Shown here piece by piece: positions 11,801 to 20,414 of a stretch of 62,000 nucleotides of DNA. Where the stretch lies: the NCBI GenBank assembly GCA_035269015.1, contig DATFJU010000027.1:1-62000 (forward strand). Reading direction: 5' to 3'. Position 1 is the stretch's first letter. Each line of letters begins with the position of its first letter. Under the pieces are notes generated by a model. That model searched no databases and was not told the DNA's origin. It was given only the letters and a program-made list of their open reading frames with translations. Source of the stretch: Patescibacteria group bacterium (GTDB lineage Bacteria > Patescibacteriota > Patescibacteriia > Patescibacteriales > UBA12465). Made by a program: the position numbers and the translations under genes.

Positions 11801-12823
11801 ACAATGAGAACCTTCCATAGTGGTGGTGTTGCTAGTCAAGAAGATATTACTCAAGGTTTACCACGTGTTGAAGAAATTTTTGAAAGTAGACCGCCAAAGA
11901 AAAAAGGTATTTTAGTTGAAAATTCTGGTAAAATAAAAATTGAAATGGCTAAGAAAAACATTAAAGATAAGGATGGCAAAGATATTTTAGTTGATAATCC
12001 TCAAGCTAAAGTTATTAGTTTGACATATAAAGGAACGGTTAGTGATAAATCTTATTTTAGTGAAGCTATTAATGAATATAAATTAGAGACTGGTAAAAAA
12101 GGTAAAAAGAAAATAGAACCAAAACTAAAAGTTAAAGATGGCGATAAGGTAAATAAAGGAGATGAATTATTTAGCATTGAAGGTAAGCCTGTAAATGCTA
12201 AAGTTAAAGGAGATGTCAGTATTACTAAAAAATATGTTTCTATACTTAGTGAGGCCAATAAAACAAAGGAATATGCTATACCAAGAGGAACTACTATTAT
12301 GGTAAAAGATGGTGATGAGGTAAAAAGAGGTGATCAATTAACAGAGGGAAGTTTAGATTTAAGAGAGTTATCAAGGCTTAGAAATAAACTCGAAGCTCAA
12401 AAATATATTATTAGAGAAATTCAATATGTATATTCTTCTCAAGGACAACCTTTAAATGATAAGCATATTGAAATTATTGCTAAACAAATGTTCTCTAGAC
12501 ATGTAATTACTGAATCTGGCGACACTAATTTATTACCAGGAGAAGTTATTGAAGAAAATGTATTAATGCAGGCTAACAAAGATGTTAAAAAGCCAGCTAA
12601 GTCAGAAAGACTTCTACTTGGTATTACCAAGTCATCATTAAGTACTGATAGTTTCTTATCCGCTGCCTCATTCCAAGAAACTCCAAGAGTTCTAATTGAA
12701 GCTGCTATTAATGGTAAGATAGACTACTTAGAAGGACTAAAGGAAAATGTTATTATTGGTCGCTTAATCCCTGCAGGAACAGGTTATACTGGTAAAAGAA
12801 AAAGAGATGTTTATGAGAAATAA
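8897..12823 (+). CDS. rpoC: DNA-directed RNA polymerase subunit beta prime
   Basis: Zinc-binding CACGKYKK...CDKCGVEV, catalytic NADFDGDQMAVH, and trigger-loop and bridge-helix blocks. Directly downstream of rpoB. Confidence 0.98.
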   Translation: MLNPIKTSDFDAIRLKIASPEQILDWSHGEVIRPETINYRTQKPEKDGLFCEKIFGPTKDWECACGKYKKIRYKGIVCDKCGVEVTRSVVRRERMGHISLQIPVSHIWFLRGISSKIGLILNITMQSLEKVIYFASFIITSVDEDLKTATVEQVKTEFKNKKKSIENEYQQKIKELKKSDDKKEKEVADPEALESEKEEKINDLTENFDKTIKELKDLKPLQVVSESTYQSMSLKFGHLFEAGIGAEAIRGLLEKIDMEKTIEELEADLKKAVESRKDKLIKRLRLLKSLNNNNIRPEWMIMTVLPVIPPDLRPMVALDGGRFAASDLNDLYRRVINRNNRLRQLIELNAPEVICRNEKRMLQEAADALIDNSARHAKTVTASTGQKRQLKSLADSLKGKQGRFRQNLLGKRVDYSGRSVIVVNPKLDLSECGIPKSMALELFKPFIISKLIKQEIVHNVRSASRYIEAGHEEVWDILENIVKEAYVMLNRAPTLHRLGIQAFKPVLIEGKAIQIHPLVCSAFNADFDGDQMAVHVPLTKEAMNEARNLMLSTNNLLKPATGDPIVTPNQDIIWGAYYITLEDKESAKKEDNELRVFSSQAEAKLAYDNELISLNETAIIRINGERKRTTVGRSIFNDILPEKLRYINEVVVKGKVKNIIKECLYLYGGDETVKFIDDLKNKSLKYITKSGLSWGFGDLPYYEEKDELIENAGKKVDMIQEQFDEGLLTETERFSKVIETWTQAKDEISEITQDGLKDVLPVFSMIESGARGSWAQPVQILGMKGLVTSPSGSIIELPVKGNFKKGFSVLEYFISTHGVRKGLSDIALRTANAGYLTRRLVDVAQDIIVSTDDCGDDVGIKYTQEESEKIGIDVKKRIIGRYLAQDLKDDKGKVIFKKGELMDEEHMKKLEGKNIQEVVIRSVLSCKVPKGVCTKCYGYDLSYNKIVKKGATVGIIAAQSIGEPGTQLTMRTFHSGGVASQEDITQGLPRVEEIFESRPPKKKGILVENSGKIKIEMAKKNIKDKDGKDILVDNPQAKVISLTYKGTVSDKSYFSEAINEYKLETGKKGKKKIEPKLKVKDGDKVNKGDELFSIEGKPVNAKVKGDVSITKKYVSILSEANKTKEYAIPRGTTIMVKDGDEVKRGDQLTEGSLDLRELSRLRNKLEAQKYIIREIQYVYSSQGQPLNDKHIEIIAKQMFSRHVITESGDTNLLPGEVIEENVLMQANKDVKKPAKSERLLLGITKSSLSTDSFLSAASFQETPRVLIEAAINGKIDYLEGLKENVIIGRLIPAGTGYTGKRKRDVYEK

Positions 12824-12855
12824 AATAAATTAAAGCGAATAGATAAGAAAATATA

Positions 12856-12886
12856 CAAAGAGACCTTCAATTTGAAGGTCTCTTTG
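12856..12886. terminator. Bidirectional intrinsic terminator between rpoC and the convergent toxin gene
   Basis: Near-perfect hairpin CAAAGAGACCTTCAA / TTGAAGGTCTCTTTG. T-rich on the + side and A-rich on the other. Confidence 0.8.
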
Positions 12887-12905
12887 TATTTGAATGATTA
12901 GTTGT

Positions 12906-13178
12906 TTAAAGATATTTATATATATCATGCTTACCAATAGAAATAAATAAGATATCTCCATTTTTCATCCTTTCAAATATTATACGATAGTTGCTAGTAA
13001 TAGAGATAGACCAAATACCTTTAAATTTTCCATGAAGCTCATGCAAACGCAAAGAAGGGTGTAAAGGGTTGTCTTTAAATATTTCTTCTTTTTTTATAGC
13101 TAAATCAAGAATATTTTTTGATAGTAATTTTAAGTCTTTAACAAATCTTTTAGAGTAGTGAATTTCTTTTATTATCAT
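12906..13178 (-). CDS. Type II toxin, RelE/ParE superfamily (RelE/StbE-like mRNA interferase)
   Basis: 90 aa. The pattern LHELHGKFKGIWSISITSNYRIIF...ILFISIGKHDIYK fits the RelE/StbE consensus. The start overlaps the upstream antitoxin stop by ATGA. Confidence 0.8.
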   Translation of the reverse strand: MIIKEIHYSKRFVKDLKLLSKNILDLAIKKEEIFKDNPLHPSLRLHELHGKFKGIWSISITSNYRIIFERMKNGDILFISIGKHDIYKYL

Positions 13179-13402
13179 ATAAGATCAGCTATTGAATTAG
13201 CTTTTATAGTATTTCCTGTTTTATATTCTTGATGAGCAGTTTTAACTGATTTTAAAAGTTCAGCATCAGAGATAAGATTGGAATCTAAGTCTATTAAGTA
13301 TTTTATATATTCAGAAACTGATTTAAAGCCACGTTTTTTTGATAGTTTTTTTATCTTTTCACTGGACTGTTTTGGTAGTGATAAACTTAACACTTGGCGC
13401 AT
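13175..13402 (-). CDS. Type II antitoxin, ribbon-helix-helix (CopG/RelB-like)
   Basis: 75 aa. N-terminal beta-strand plus helices (VLSLSLPKQSSEKIKKLSKKRGFKSVSEYIKYLI) typical of RHH. 4-nt overlap with the toxin gene. Confidence 0.7.
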   Translation of the reverse strand: MRQVLSLSLPKQSSEKIKKLSKKRGFKSVSEYIKYLIDLDSNLISDAELLKSVKTAHQEYKTGNTIKANSIADLI

Positions 13403-13429
13403 ATGTTTATGCTTAATTATTATAATATA

Positions 13430-13458
13430 ATTGTATTACAAATGTATTACAATGTCAA
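13430..13458 (-). promoter_or_regulatory. Toxin-antitoxin promoter with palindromic operator repeats in the spacer
   Basis: The minus strand reads TTGACA-17 nt-TACAAT, about 27 nt before the antitoxin ATG. The spacer holds two adjacent copies of the palindrome TTGTA-N-TACAA (13431..13441 exact, 13442..13452 with one mismatch). Confidence 0.7.
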
Positions 13459-13641
13459 TAATAAGACTTTGTAAATTAAATATATACTTCTAAAAATTTC
13501 TATAGAACCAATAGTCATTATTATAGCAATCGTATTTATAGAAAAAATAAAATATTTATTTATTTGCATAATTGTTCTAAACTTCATACAATTAAAATAA
13601 TGATAGAAAAGTAAATTTTAATAAATTTAATCATTTTCTGT

Positions 13642-13851
13642 ATGATGAATTTTAACCTTGTTCCTTTTGTATGGCTTATTATGGTTCTCTTTTGGGTGCT
13701 TATAATAATTGGAATTGTGGCTTTGATAAAATGGGCGCTAGATCAAACTAGGGTTGAAAATAGAAATACATCTGCTTTAGATATTTTAAAGGAGAGATAT
13801 GCAAAAGGTGAAATTAACAAAGAAGAATTTGAGAACAAAAAAAAGACTTGA
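13642..13851 (+). CDS. Small membrane protein with a C-terminal SHOCT domain
   Basis: 69 aa. One TM helix, then [20 protein letters not shown], which matches the SHOCT short C-terminal motif. Ends in TGA. Confidence 0.7.
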   Translation: MMNFNLVPFVWLIMVLFWVLIIIGIVALIKWALDQTRVENRNTSALDILKERYAKGEINKEEFENKKKT

Positions 13852-13945
13852 GTTAAAAACTAATAATTTTAGCTTTAAACCAAAATTGATTTTTTCACTT
13901 TCTTTCTTTAATTCTTTTTGTGTTTAGAAAAAGTATGTTAAAAAG

Positions 13946-13968
13946 TCGTTCCTATGGGAATGATTTTT
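13946..13968 (+). terminator. Candidate intrinsic terminator after the SHOCT gene
   Basis: 7-bp stem TCGTTCC/GGAATGA (one G-U pair), loop TATG, followed by TTTTT. Confidence 0.45.
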
Positions 13969-14005
13969 ATTTTATCTTTTGTCTTTTCTGATATATAATA
14001 ATAGT

Positions 14006-15445
14006 ATGAAATATAATTTTAGAATAAAAATTAGAATACTTTTAGTTATTGTTTGGGTTTTAGCTTTAGCTTTCTTTATTATTAGATTAATTGTACCTAG
14101 TGGCGTAATTACATATTCTTCTGATTTTTCTAAAAGTACAGGTTTTATATATAACCTTACTCCTAAAGAAAGAATTAATGATATTTCTGATAACATAAAA
14201 ATAACTGCTGATCCAGTTTATTTTTCTTTGCATTATCCTAGACAATTTCAAGAGGCTGAAGTGAAGTTAAAATATAGATGGGAAAATGTAGACAAGCAGA
14301 TTTTAGAGATAGGAGTCTTAGCGGATAAAGATTTGTGGCAATATAAATTAGAACCACTAGAAAACACTGTTTTAGAAGAAATTATAAATACTTGGCATTT
14401 ATCCAAAAGTGATAATTTAATGTTTTTGCAAAAAAATAAAAACTTTAATTCTTTAAATGAATTCTTGCAAAGTGATTTTTCTAGAAACAGCACTGCTGTC
14501 TATAATGTTAACACTAAAGATTTAAACGTTTCTGAATTTAGTCTAGATGAAGAAGAAAAAGAAAATATAAAAGATTATACTTTAGAACAAAGTTTGATTG
14601 GTCATCATCAACTTTATATATATCATCCTGGTAATGATTTTGGTGTAGATATAAAAGTGCAGGATCTTAATAGAAATTTGGATGAGGATAAAATAGAGAT
14701 GATTTTATTTTATCAAGATCAAGTTATTGCTAAAGAATCTCTTGATAGTATTGTTTCTTTAGATTCTAAGGAAGTCTCTGGTATTAAAGATTTAAATTTA
14801 GAACTTAATGATTTAAGTGAAGGCTTGTATAAAGTACAAATAAAAATTAGTGATGATATAGTTATTAAACAAATCAAGACAAGCAGTAATAAGTTAGCAT
14901 TTATTAATAGTATTCATTTAGGGGAAAGTAATAACAACTTAAAACTTTATACTGATAATGCTTATTTAAAAGTTACAACAACTAAATCTGCTAGCTTACA
15001 AAAACTAAGTTTTGCTGGTGCTAGTTTTGAAGTAACCAATACTTATAAACAACATTATTTTCAAAGTGACGCTGAACTTAAAGATGCTTGGCAAGAGATT
15101 AATTTAAAGAAAGGTAACTTAAAACTTTCTAATAATAGTATGTTTAGTTTTGATAAAAAACTTGCTTTTAACCCAGAAATGATAAGTTTAGATGATAGTA
15201 GTAATTTATCTACTATTGATTATATTATTGCGGATTATAAGCCTATAAAAAAAGAAGGTGATTGGCATGTAGCTACAACCAAGTTCGACTTAAGTAATGC
15301 TTATAGTGAGGATAATAAATATAGTTTTATATTTTCACTTCCTAACTTTTCTTATAAACCAAATACAGCCTTAGTTATAGATTCAATTGACATAAGCTTA
15401 AAGGGTAAAAATATATGGCAGAAGGTAAACGAAATAATAAAATAA
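14006..15445 (+). CDS. Hypothetical N-terminally membrane-anchored extracytoplasmic protein
   Basis: Long ORF. I prefer the ATG at 14006 (MKYNFRIKIRILLVIVWVLALAFFII = signal anchor) to the track start at 13979. I recognise no family. Confidence 0.7.
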   Translation: MKYNFRIKIRILLVIVWVLALAFFIIRLIVPSGVITYSSDFSKSTGFIYNLTPKERINDISDNIKITADPVYFSLHYPRQFQEAEVKLKYRWENVDKQILEIGVLADKDLWQYKLEPLENTVLEEIINTWHLSKSDNLMFLQKNKNFNSLNEFLQSDFSRNSTAVYNVNTKDLNVSEFSLDEEEKENIKDYTLEQSLIGHHQLYIYHPGNDFGVDIKVQDLNRNLDEDKIEMILFYQDQVIAKESLDSIVSLDSKEVSGIKDLNLELNDLSEGLYKVQIKISDDIVIKQIKTSSNKLAFINSIHLGESNNNLKLYTDNAYLKVTTTKSASLQKLSFAGASFEVTNTYKQHYFQSDAELKDAWQEINLKKGNLKLSNNSMFSFDKKLAFNPEMISLDDSSNLSTIDYIIADYKPIKKEGDWHVATTKFDLSNAYSEDNKYSFIFSLPNFSYKPNTALVIDSIDISLKGKNIWQKVNEIIK

Positions 15446-15618
15446 TAATAGTTTTAGAGGAGAGTTTTAGAATTTTAGGTTTAGCTTTACTCAGTTTTAT
15501 AATTTTAGAATTAATTAAACCTAAATTAATTTTAGCCTATTTAAACCTCAATTTTCTATTGCTTGTTTGGCTAGTAATTGGTATATTGATACTAGTGTTA
15601 ATAAAGAAAAATAAATAA
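15415..15618 (+). CDS. Possible small two-TM membrane protein
   Basis: 67-aa ORF with two hydrophobic helices. Overlaps the previous gene by 31 nt. No recognisable homology. Confidence 0.3.
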   Translation: MAEGKRNNKIIIVLEESFRILGLALLSFIILELIKPKLILAYLNLNFLLLVWLVIGILILVLIKKNK

Positions 15619-15632
15619 TTTGAATATATAAT

Positions 15633-16682
15633 ATGGATATTTTTAGAAGAAAAAACCTGTTATTTGTAATAATAGCCTATTTTTTTCTCACTAGCGTAGC
15701 TGGACAAGTTTTTACTGGTTTTTTAACTGTGCTTTTGTTGGTTTACATTGTCATATATATATTAAAAGCTAATAATAAATTAAATTTAGATATATTTAAA
15801 GTAAATAATAATAAAAATATGGATACAATTAATGTCAATAAACAAGAAGATCTAAAGAAAGTAAAAAAGTTTTTAGGTCTAGGTGTAATAGCTGTAGTAA
15901 TTATATGGCTATTTTTCTCTTCTATTGTGATTGTTGAGGCCGGACAAACAGGTGTTTATCACTTATTTGGAAAAGTTAAAGACAAAGAAGTTTCTTCTGG
16001 TTTTCACCTTATTAATCCTTTAGCCAAGATAACCACCATGTCTATTAGAACTGAAGATTATACTATGAGTTTTACTGGCGATGAAGGAAATAAGAAAGGG
16101 GTAGATTCAATCTCTGCTTTAACCAAAGAAGGTTTAGAGGTTGATTTAGATATTACAGTATTATATCGCTTAGAAGAAGCTAAAGCCTCTGATATTTATA
16201 GAGAGGTAGGTTTAGATTATGAAGAAAAAATTATTCGTCCAGTTATTAGAAGCACTATTCGTGAAGTTATTGCTACCTATAATTCTAAAGATATCTATAG
16301 CGAAAAAAGAGAACAGGCTACGGTTAGTATTTATGAAGATTTAAATGCTTTATTAGCTGATAGAGGAATTATTACTGAAGAGGTGTTATTTAGAAATGTA
16401 CAGTTGCCAACCAATTTAGCTAATAGTATTCAAGAAAAATTACAAGCTGAGCAAGAATCACAAAAATACGAATTTATTTTACAGAAAGAAGAAAAAGAAA
16501 AACAAAGAAAATTAATTGAAGCTGAAGGTCAAAGAGATGCTCAAACAATTATTAATGAAAGTTTAACACCTAATTATCTATATTATCTTTACATTAAAGA
16601 GCTAAAAGAAAGAGAAGGTACTATTTATGTTCCTGTTAGTCCTGACAGTGGCATGCCTATGTTTAAAGGTATAGATCGTTAA
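15633..16682 (+). CDS. SPFH/band-7 (prohibitin/HflC-like) membrane protein
   Basis: TM anchor followed by VEAGQTGVYHLFGKV...GFHLINP...VDLDITVLYR and a C-terminal coiled coil. The true start could be the internal ATG at 15819. Confidence 0.85.
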   Translation: MDIFRRKNLLFVIIAYFFLTSVAGQVFTGFLTVLLLVYIVIYILKANNKLNLDIFKVNNNKNMDTINVNKQEDLKKVKKFLGLGVIAVVIIWLFFSSIVIVEAGQTGVYHLFGKVKDKEVSSGFHLINPLAKITTMSIRTEDYTMSFTGDEGNKKGVDSISALTKEGLEVDLDITVLYRLEEAKASDIYREVGLDYEEKIIRPVIRSTIREVIATYNSKDIYSEKREQATVSIYEDLNALLADRGIITEEVLFRNVQLPTNLANSIQEKLQAEQESQKYEFILQKEEKEKQRKLIEAEGQRDAQTIINESLTPNYLYYLYIKELKEREGTIYVPVSPDSGMPMFKGIDR

Positions 16683-16692
16683 ATAACATAAC

Positions 16693-18768
16693 ATGAAATT
16701 AGACAAATTATTTAAACCAAAAAGTATTGCAATAATTGGGGCCTCCAATAATAAAGAGAAGTTGGGTTGGCAGATTTTAAGTAACCTGAAAAACTCAGGT
16801 TACAAAGGAAAAATATATCCAATTAATTTGAGTGCTAAGACTATATTAAAAGAAAAAGTGTACACCACTATATTAGACATAAAAGAAAAATTGGACTTAG
16901 TTTTAATTGTAATTCCAGCTAAGTTTGTTGAAGAAGAAATTAAAAAATGTGCTCAAAAAGGAGTTAAAAATGTTATTATCATCAGTGCTGGTTTTAAAGA
17001 AAGTGGTACAGAAGGTAGGGATCGGGAAAGTAGAATTATACAAATAGCTAAGGAGAACAACATTAATATATTAGGCCCTAATTGTTTAGGTATTATTAAT
17101 AATAACGCTAATTTAAATTTAAGCTTCAGTGCTTTATTTGTTGATAAAAAAAAGAAAAGACGTAAAAGTAAAATAGCTGGTGTTTCACAGTCTGGAGCGA
17201 TTGGTAGTGCAATGCTGGATTGGTTTGATAATAAGGGTTTAGAATTGGATGTATTTGTTAGTTTAGGCAACCAAGCAGTAATAAAGGAAAGTCAGATACT
17301 TGATTACTTAGCTAATGATAAAGATATAGATTTAGTAGTACTTTATTTAGAGGAAATTAGTTCAGGCCCAGATATTATGGCTAGTTTAAGTAAATTAACT
17401 CAGAAAAAACCTTGTTTAGTAATTAAATCTGGTCGTAGTCAGGTAAGCTCTAAAATGGCACTTAGTCATACTGGTAGTTTAGCTGGTTCTTGGCAAGCTT
17501 CTAAAACTGTTTTAGAAAGAGGTGGAGCTGTGTTATTAGATAATTTAGATCAGCTTTTTAGCGTTTTAAGTTTATGGCCAGTTCTTTTAAATAAAGATTA
17601 TCAAAAGATATTAAAAGACCTTAGACCTTATTTTGTTTCTAATGCCGGTGGCGCTTTAGTGTTAGCTTTAGATACATTGAATCAGTATAATTTTAAATTA
17701 GGAGCTTTATCTACAAACTCTAAATTAAAAAATCCTTTAGATATTTTAGGAGATGCAGGTGCGGATAAATACAAGCAAACTTTAAAAAGTTTTTTAAATG
17801 AAAAAGAAACAAAACTTTTAATTTGTATTTTAACCCCCCAAAGTTCTAGTGAGGTAGAAGCTACTGCTAAAGTAATAGTATCATTAAATAAAAAGTATAA
17901 AGACAAGATAGTGTTGCCAGTATTTATTGGCGGAAGCAGTTTAAAAAGCGCTAGAGAGATATTCTCTAATAATAGTTTACCAAATTACGAAAGTTTAGAA
18001 CCACTTATTTTTGCACTTAGTAAATTATCTAATTACTTTAGCAGTAAAGATAAAATAAGACTATATAAAAAAAACAAAATTAACACAGATATAAAAAAGA
18101 AAGAAATTACAGAAGTAAAAGATAATAATTTAAAAGATAAACATACAAATAAAGTTTTGGATTATTTAGAATCTTTTAAACTTTTAAATAATTATGACAT
18201 TAATACAGTTAAAACTAAGAAATTAGATAATAATATAGATAAGATTAAAGCTTCTGATTTCCCTCTAGTGTTGAAAGCAGTTGGTCCTAACTTTAATCAT
18301 AAAAGTGATAAGCAAGCTATTATAACTAATATAGAAAACAAAGCTCAGCTGAATACTTATAGTACAAAATTAACAAAACAATTAAAGCAAAATGATTACT
18401 TAGTTTATCAGCCCCAAATAAAAGATTCTTTAGAGTTAATACTTGGTTTTAAAAGAGAAAAGAATTTAGGAGCACTGATTATGATAGGTTGGGGAGGGGT
18501 GAATGCTGAAGTCATTAAAGATTTAGCTTACAGTACTGATGATTTAAGTTTTTCTGAGGCTAAAAATATTGTTAAAAAATTAAAAATATACCAATTAATT
18601 TCTGGCTACAGAGGTAAAGGATCTTATGATTTAAATTCTTTAGCTAAAACACTACAATATGTAGCTAAGTTAGCTAAGGAAAATCCAAACATTAAAGAAT
18701 TAGATATTAATCCTTTATTTGTTCAAGAAAACCAAGTTAAAGCTGGAGATGTAAGGGTAATTACTTGA
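16693..18768 (+). CDS. acd: ADP-forming acetyl-CoA synthetase (acetate--CoA ligase, fused alpha/beta)
   Basis: N-terminal CoA-binding fold (KPKSIAIIGASNN), a succinyl-CoA-synthetase-like ligase domain (SQSGA, HTGSLAG) and a C-terminal ATP-grasp. Ends in TGA, 1 nt before murJ. Confidence 0.85.
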   Translation: MKLDKLFKPKSIAIIGASNNKEKLGWQILSNLKNSGYKGKIYPINLSAKTILKEKVYTTILDIKEKLDLVLIVIPAKFVEEEIKKCAQKGVKNVIIISAGFKESGTEGRDRESRIIQIAKENNINILGPNCLGIINNNANLNLSFSALFVDKKKKRRKSKIAGVSQSGAIGSAMLDWFDNKGLELDVFVSLGNQAVIKESQILDYLANDKDIDLVVLYLEEISSGPDIMASLSKLTQKKPCLVIKSGRSQVSSKMALSHTGSLAGSWQASKTVLERGGAVLLDNLDQLFSVLSLWPVLLNKDYQKILKDLRPYFVSNAGGALVLALDTLNQYNFKLGALSTNSKLKNPLDILGDAGADKYKQTLKSFLNEKETKLLICILTPQSSSEVEATAKVIVSLNKKYKDKIVLPVFIGGSSLKSAREIFSNNSLPNYESLEPLIFALSKLSNYFSSKDKIRLYKKNKINTDIKKKEITEVKDNNLKDKHTNKVLDYLESFKLLNNYDINTVKTKKLDNNIDKIKASDFPLVLKAVGPNFNHKSDKQAIITNIENKAQLNTYSTKLTKQLKQNDYLVYQPQIKDSLELILGFKREKNLGALIMIGWGGVNAEVIKDLAYSTDDLSFSEAKNIVKKLKIYQLISGYRGKGSYDLNSLAKTLQYVAKLAKENPNIKELDINPLFVQENQVKAGDVRVIT

Positions 18769-18769
18769 A

Positions 18770-20407
18770 ATGCTTAAAAAAATATTTTCCAAATCAACTA
18801 AAACCATTAGTTCGGCAGCTATTTTGGTAGCATTTTTTTCTGTGCTATCTAGATTTTTAGGTATAATTAGAGACAAAATTTTAGCTAGTGAGTTTGGCGC
18901 AGGCGCGACGTTGGATGCATACTTTGCCGCTTTTAGAGTGCCTGATTTACTTTTCAATCTAATTGTTTTAGGGGCATTGTCCGCTGGCTTTATTCCTGTT
19001 TTTACCAAATATATTAAAGATTTTTCTGTAAGTGGAAAAGAAAGTAGGGAGAAGAATAAAGAAGCCTGGCTTTTAAGTACTTATGTTTTAAATCTTTTAA
19101 TGATATCACTGGTGGCAGTATCAATATTAGGTATGATATTTGCTAACTATTTAGTTGATGCCTTAGTTCCTGGTTTTGGACCTGAGCAAAGAGATTTAAC
19201 TGTTACCTTAACTAGAGTAATGTTTTTATCACCAATATTTTTAGGAATCTCCAGTGTTTTGTCTGGAGTTTTGCAGTCATATAAGCGCTTTTTTGCTTAT
19301 TCTTTAGCTCCAATATTATATAATTTAGGTATAATATTAGGAGCAGTGTATTTTTCTAAAGTTTTAGGTCCAGTTGGTTTAGCCTGGGGTGTTATCTTAG
19401 GTGCTTTTTTGCATATGGTAATTCAAGTTCCTTCAGCTTTAATTTCAGGATTTACTTGGCAGTTAAAAGTTGATTTTAAAAATAGTGGACTGAGAAAGAT
19501 ATTAAAAATGATGGTGCCTAGAACTTTAACTTTAGCTATTAGTCAAATTAATTTATTAGTTGTAACTATTATTTCTTCTTCTCTTATTGTTGGATCTTTA
19601 GCAGTGTTTAATTTTGCTAATAATTTACAATCTTTTCCTTTAGGTGTGTTTGGTGTTTCTTTTGCTATCGCTGCTTTTCCTACCCTTTCTAGACTATCAG
19701 GACAAACTGAGAAGATAAAGAAAGTATTTAATAAAACCTTTAAGCAAATACTTTTCTTTATTATTCCTTCTACTGTTTTACTTATCACTCTTAGAGCACA
19801 AATTATTCGTGTAATATTAGGGGCAGGTAAATTTGATTGGCAAGATACTGTTTTAACCATTGATACTTTAGGCTTTTTTGCCTTAAGTTTGTTTGCTCAA
19901 GCTACCCTACCTTTAATGGTGAGAATGTTCTATGCTTATCATGATTCTAGAACACCTTTTTTTATGGGCTTAATTTCTGTAATAGTTAATGTTTTTCTTT
20001 CTTTTTATTTAGCTGGCATTATGGGCGTAGCAGGTTTAGCTCTATCATTTTCAATCTCTATGATACTAAATTTCTTTTTACTTTGGATATCCCTACGTAT
20101 CAAGTTAGGTTCATTTAAAGAAATGAATATTTTAATTTCTATTTTAAAGTTTTCTATTGCCGCTATCCTGGCAGGATTAGCTGTGCAAATAGCTAAGATA
20201 ATAATTTGGACCTTTGTAGATATGACTACTTTCTGGGGGGTCTTTACGCAAGGACTAGGAGCTGGTATCCTAGGTATAATAGTCTATCTAGTAATAGTCT
20301 ATTTACTCAAAGTTGAAGAAATTAATATACTTCTTAAGCGTTCACATAAACGTTTAAAAAAACAAGATTTAGAAATTGGAAATACTGATCAAAATCAGCA
20401 ATTTTAA
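18770..20407 (+). CDS. murJ: Lipid II flippase MurJ/MviN
   Basis: About 14 TM helices. N-terminal signature SR.LG..RD...A..FGA....DA...AF..P. Confidence 0.9.
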   Translation: MLKKIFSKSTKTISSAAILVAFFSVLSRFLGIIRDKILASEFGAGATLDAYFAAFRVPDLLFNLIVLGALSAGFIPVFTKYIKDFSVSGKESREKNKEAWLLSTYVLNLLMISLVAVSILGMIFANYLVDALVPGFGPEQRDLTVTLTRVMFLSPIFLGISSVLSGVLQSYKRFFAYSLAPILYNLGIILGAVYFSKVLGPVGLAWGVILGAFLHMVIQVPSALISGFTWQLKVDFKNSGLRKILKMMVPRTLTLAISQINLLVVTIISSSLIVGSLAVFNFANNLQSFPLGVFGVSFAIAAFPTLSRLSGQTEKIKKVFNKTFKQILFFIIPSTVLLITLRAQIIRVILGAGKFDWQDTVLTIDTLGFFALSLFAQATLPLMVRMFYAYHDSRTPFFMGLISVIVNVFLSFYLAGIMGVAGLALSFSISMILNFFLLWISLRIKLGSFKEMNILISILKFSIAAILAGLAVQIAKIIIWTFVDMTTFWGVFTQGLGAGILGIIVYLVIVYLLKVEEINILLKRSHKRLKKQDLEIGNTDQNQQF

Positions 20408-20414
20408 TAATATT

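Noticed and set aside
290-12630. Antisense or shadow ORFs inside glgA, ftsK, rpoB and rpoC (for example 290..622, 1644..2252, 8606..8860, 8900..9270, 9607..10068, 12052..12258, 12439..12630).
   Set aside because: Each lies fully inside a well-supported conserved gene on the opposite strand. Their translations are low-complexity S/F/L-rich strings typical of the reverse complement of K/E-rich coding sequence. None has motifs or independent signals.
13849-18768. An alternative genetic code (UGA recoding, code 4 or 25), as seen in some CPR lineages.
   Set aside because: TGA terminates the SHOCT ORF (13849..13851), acd (18766..18768, 1 nt before the murJ ATG) and the transposase at sensible ends. 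Conserved Trp positions use TGG. No conserved gene needs read-through of TGA.
20376-20414. Upstream ORF-track starts for lepA (20376), the DsbA-like gene (55205) and the 488-aa protein (13979).
   Set aside because: Each would overlap the preceding gene by 30-40 nt and add non-conserved residues. Downstream ATGs (20415, 55244, 14006) start right after the previous stop, in the usual ATAATATG context, and begin the recognisable N-terminus.
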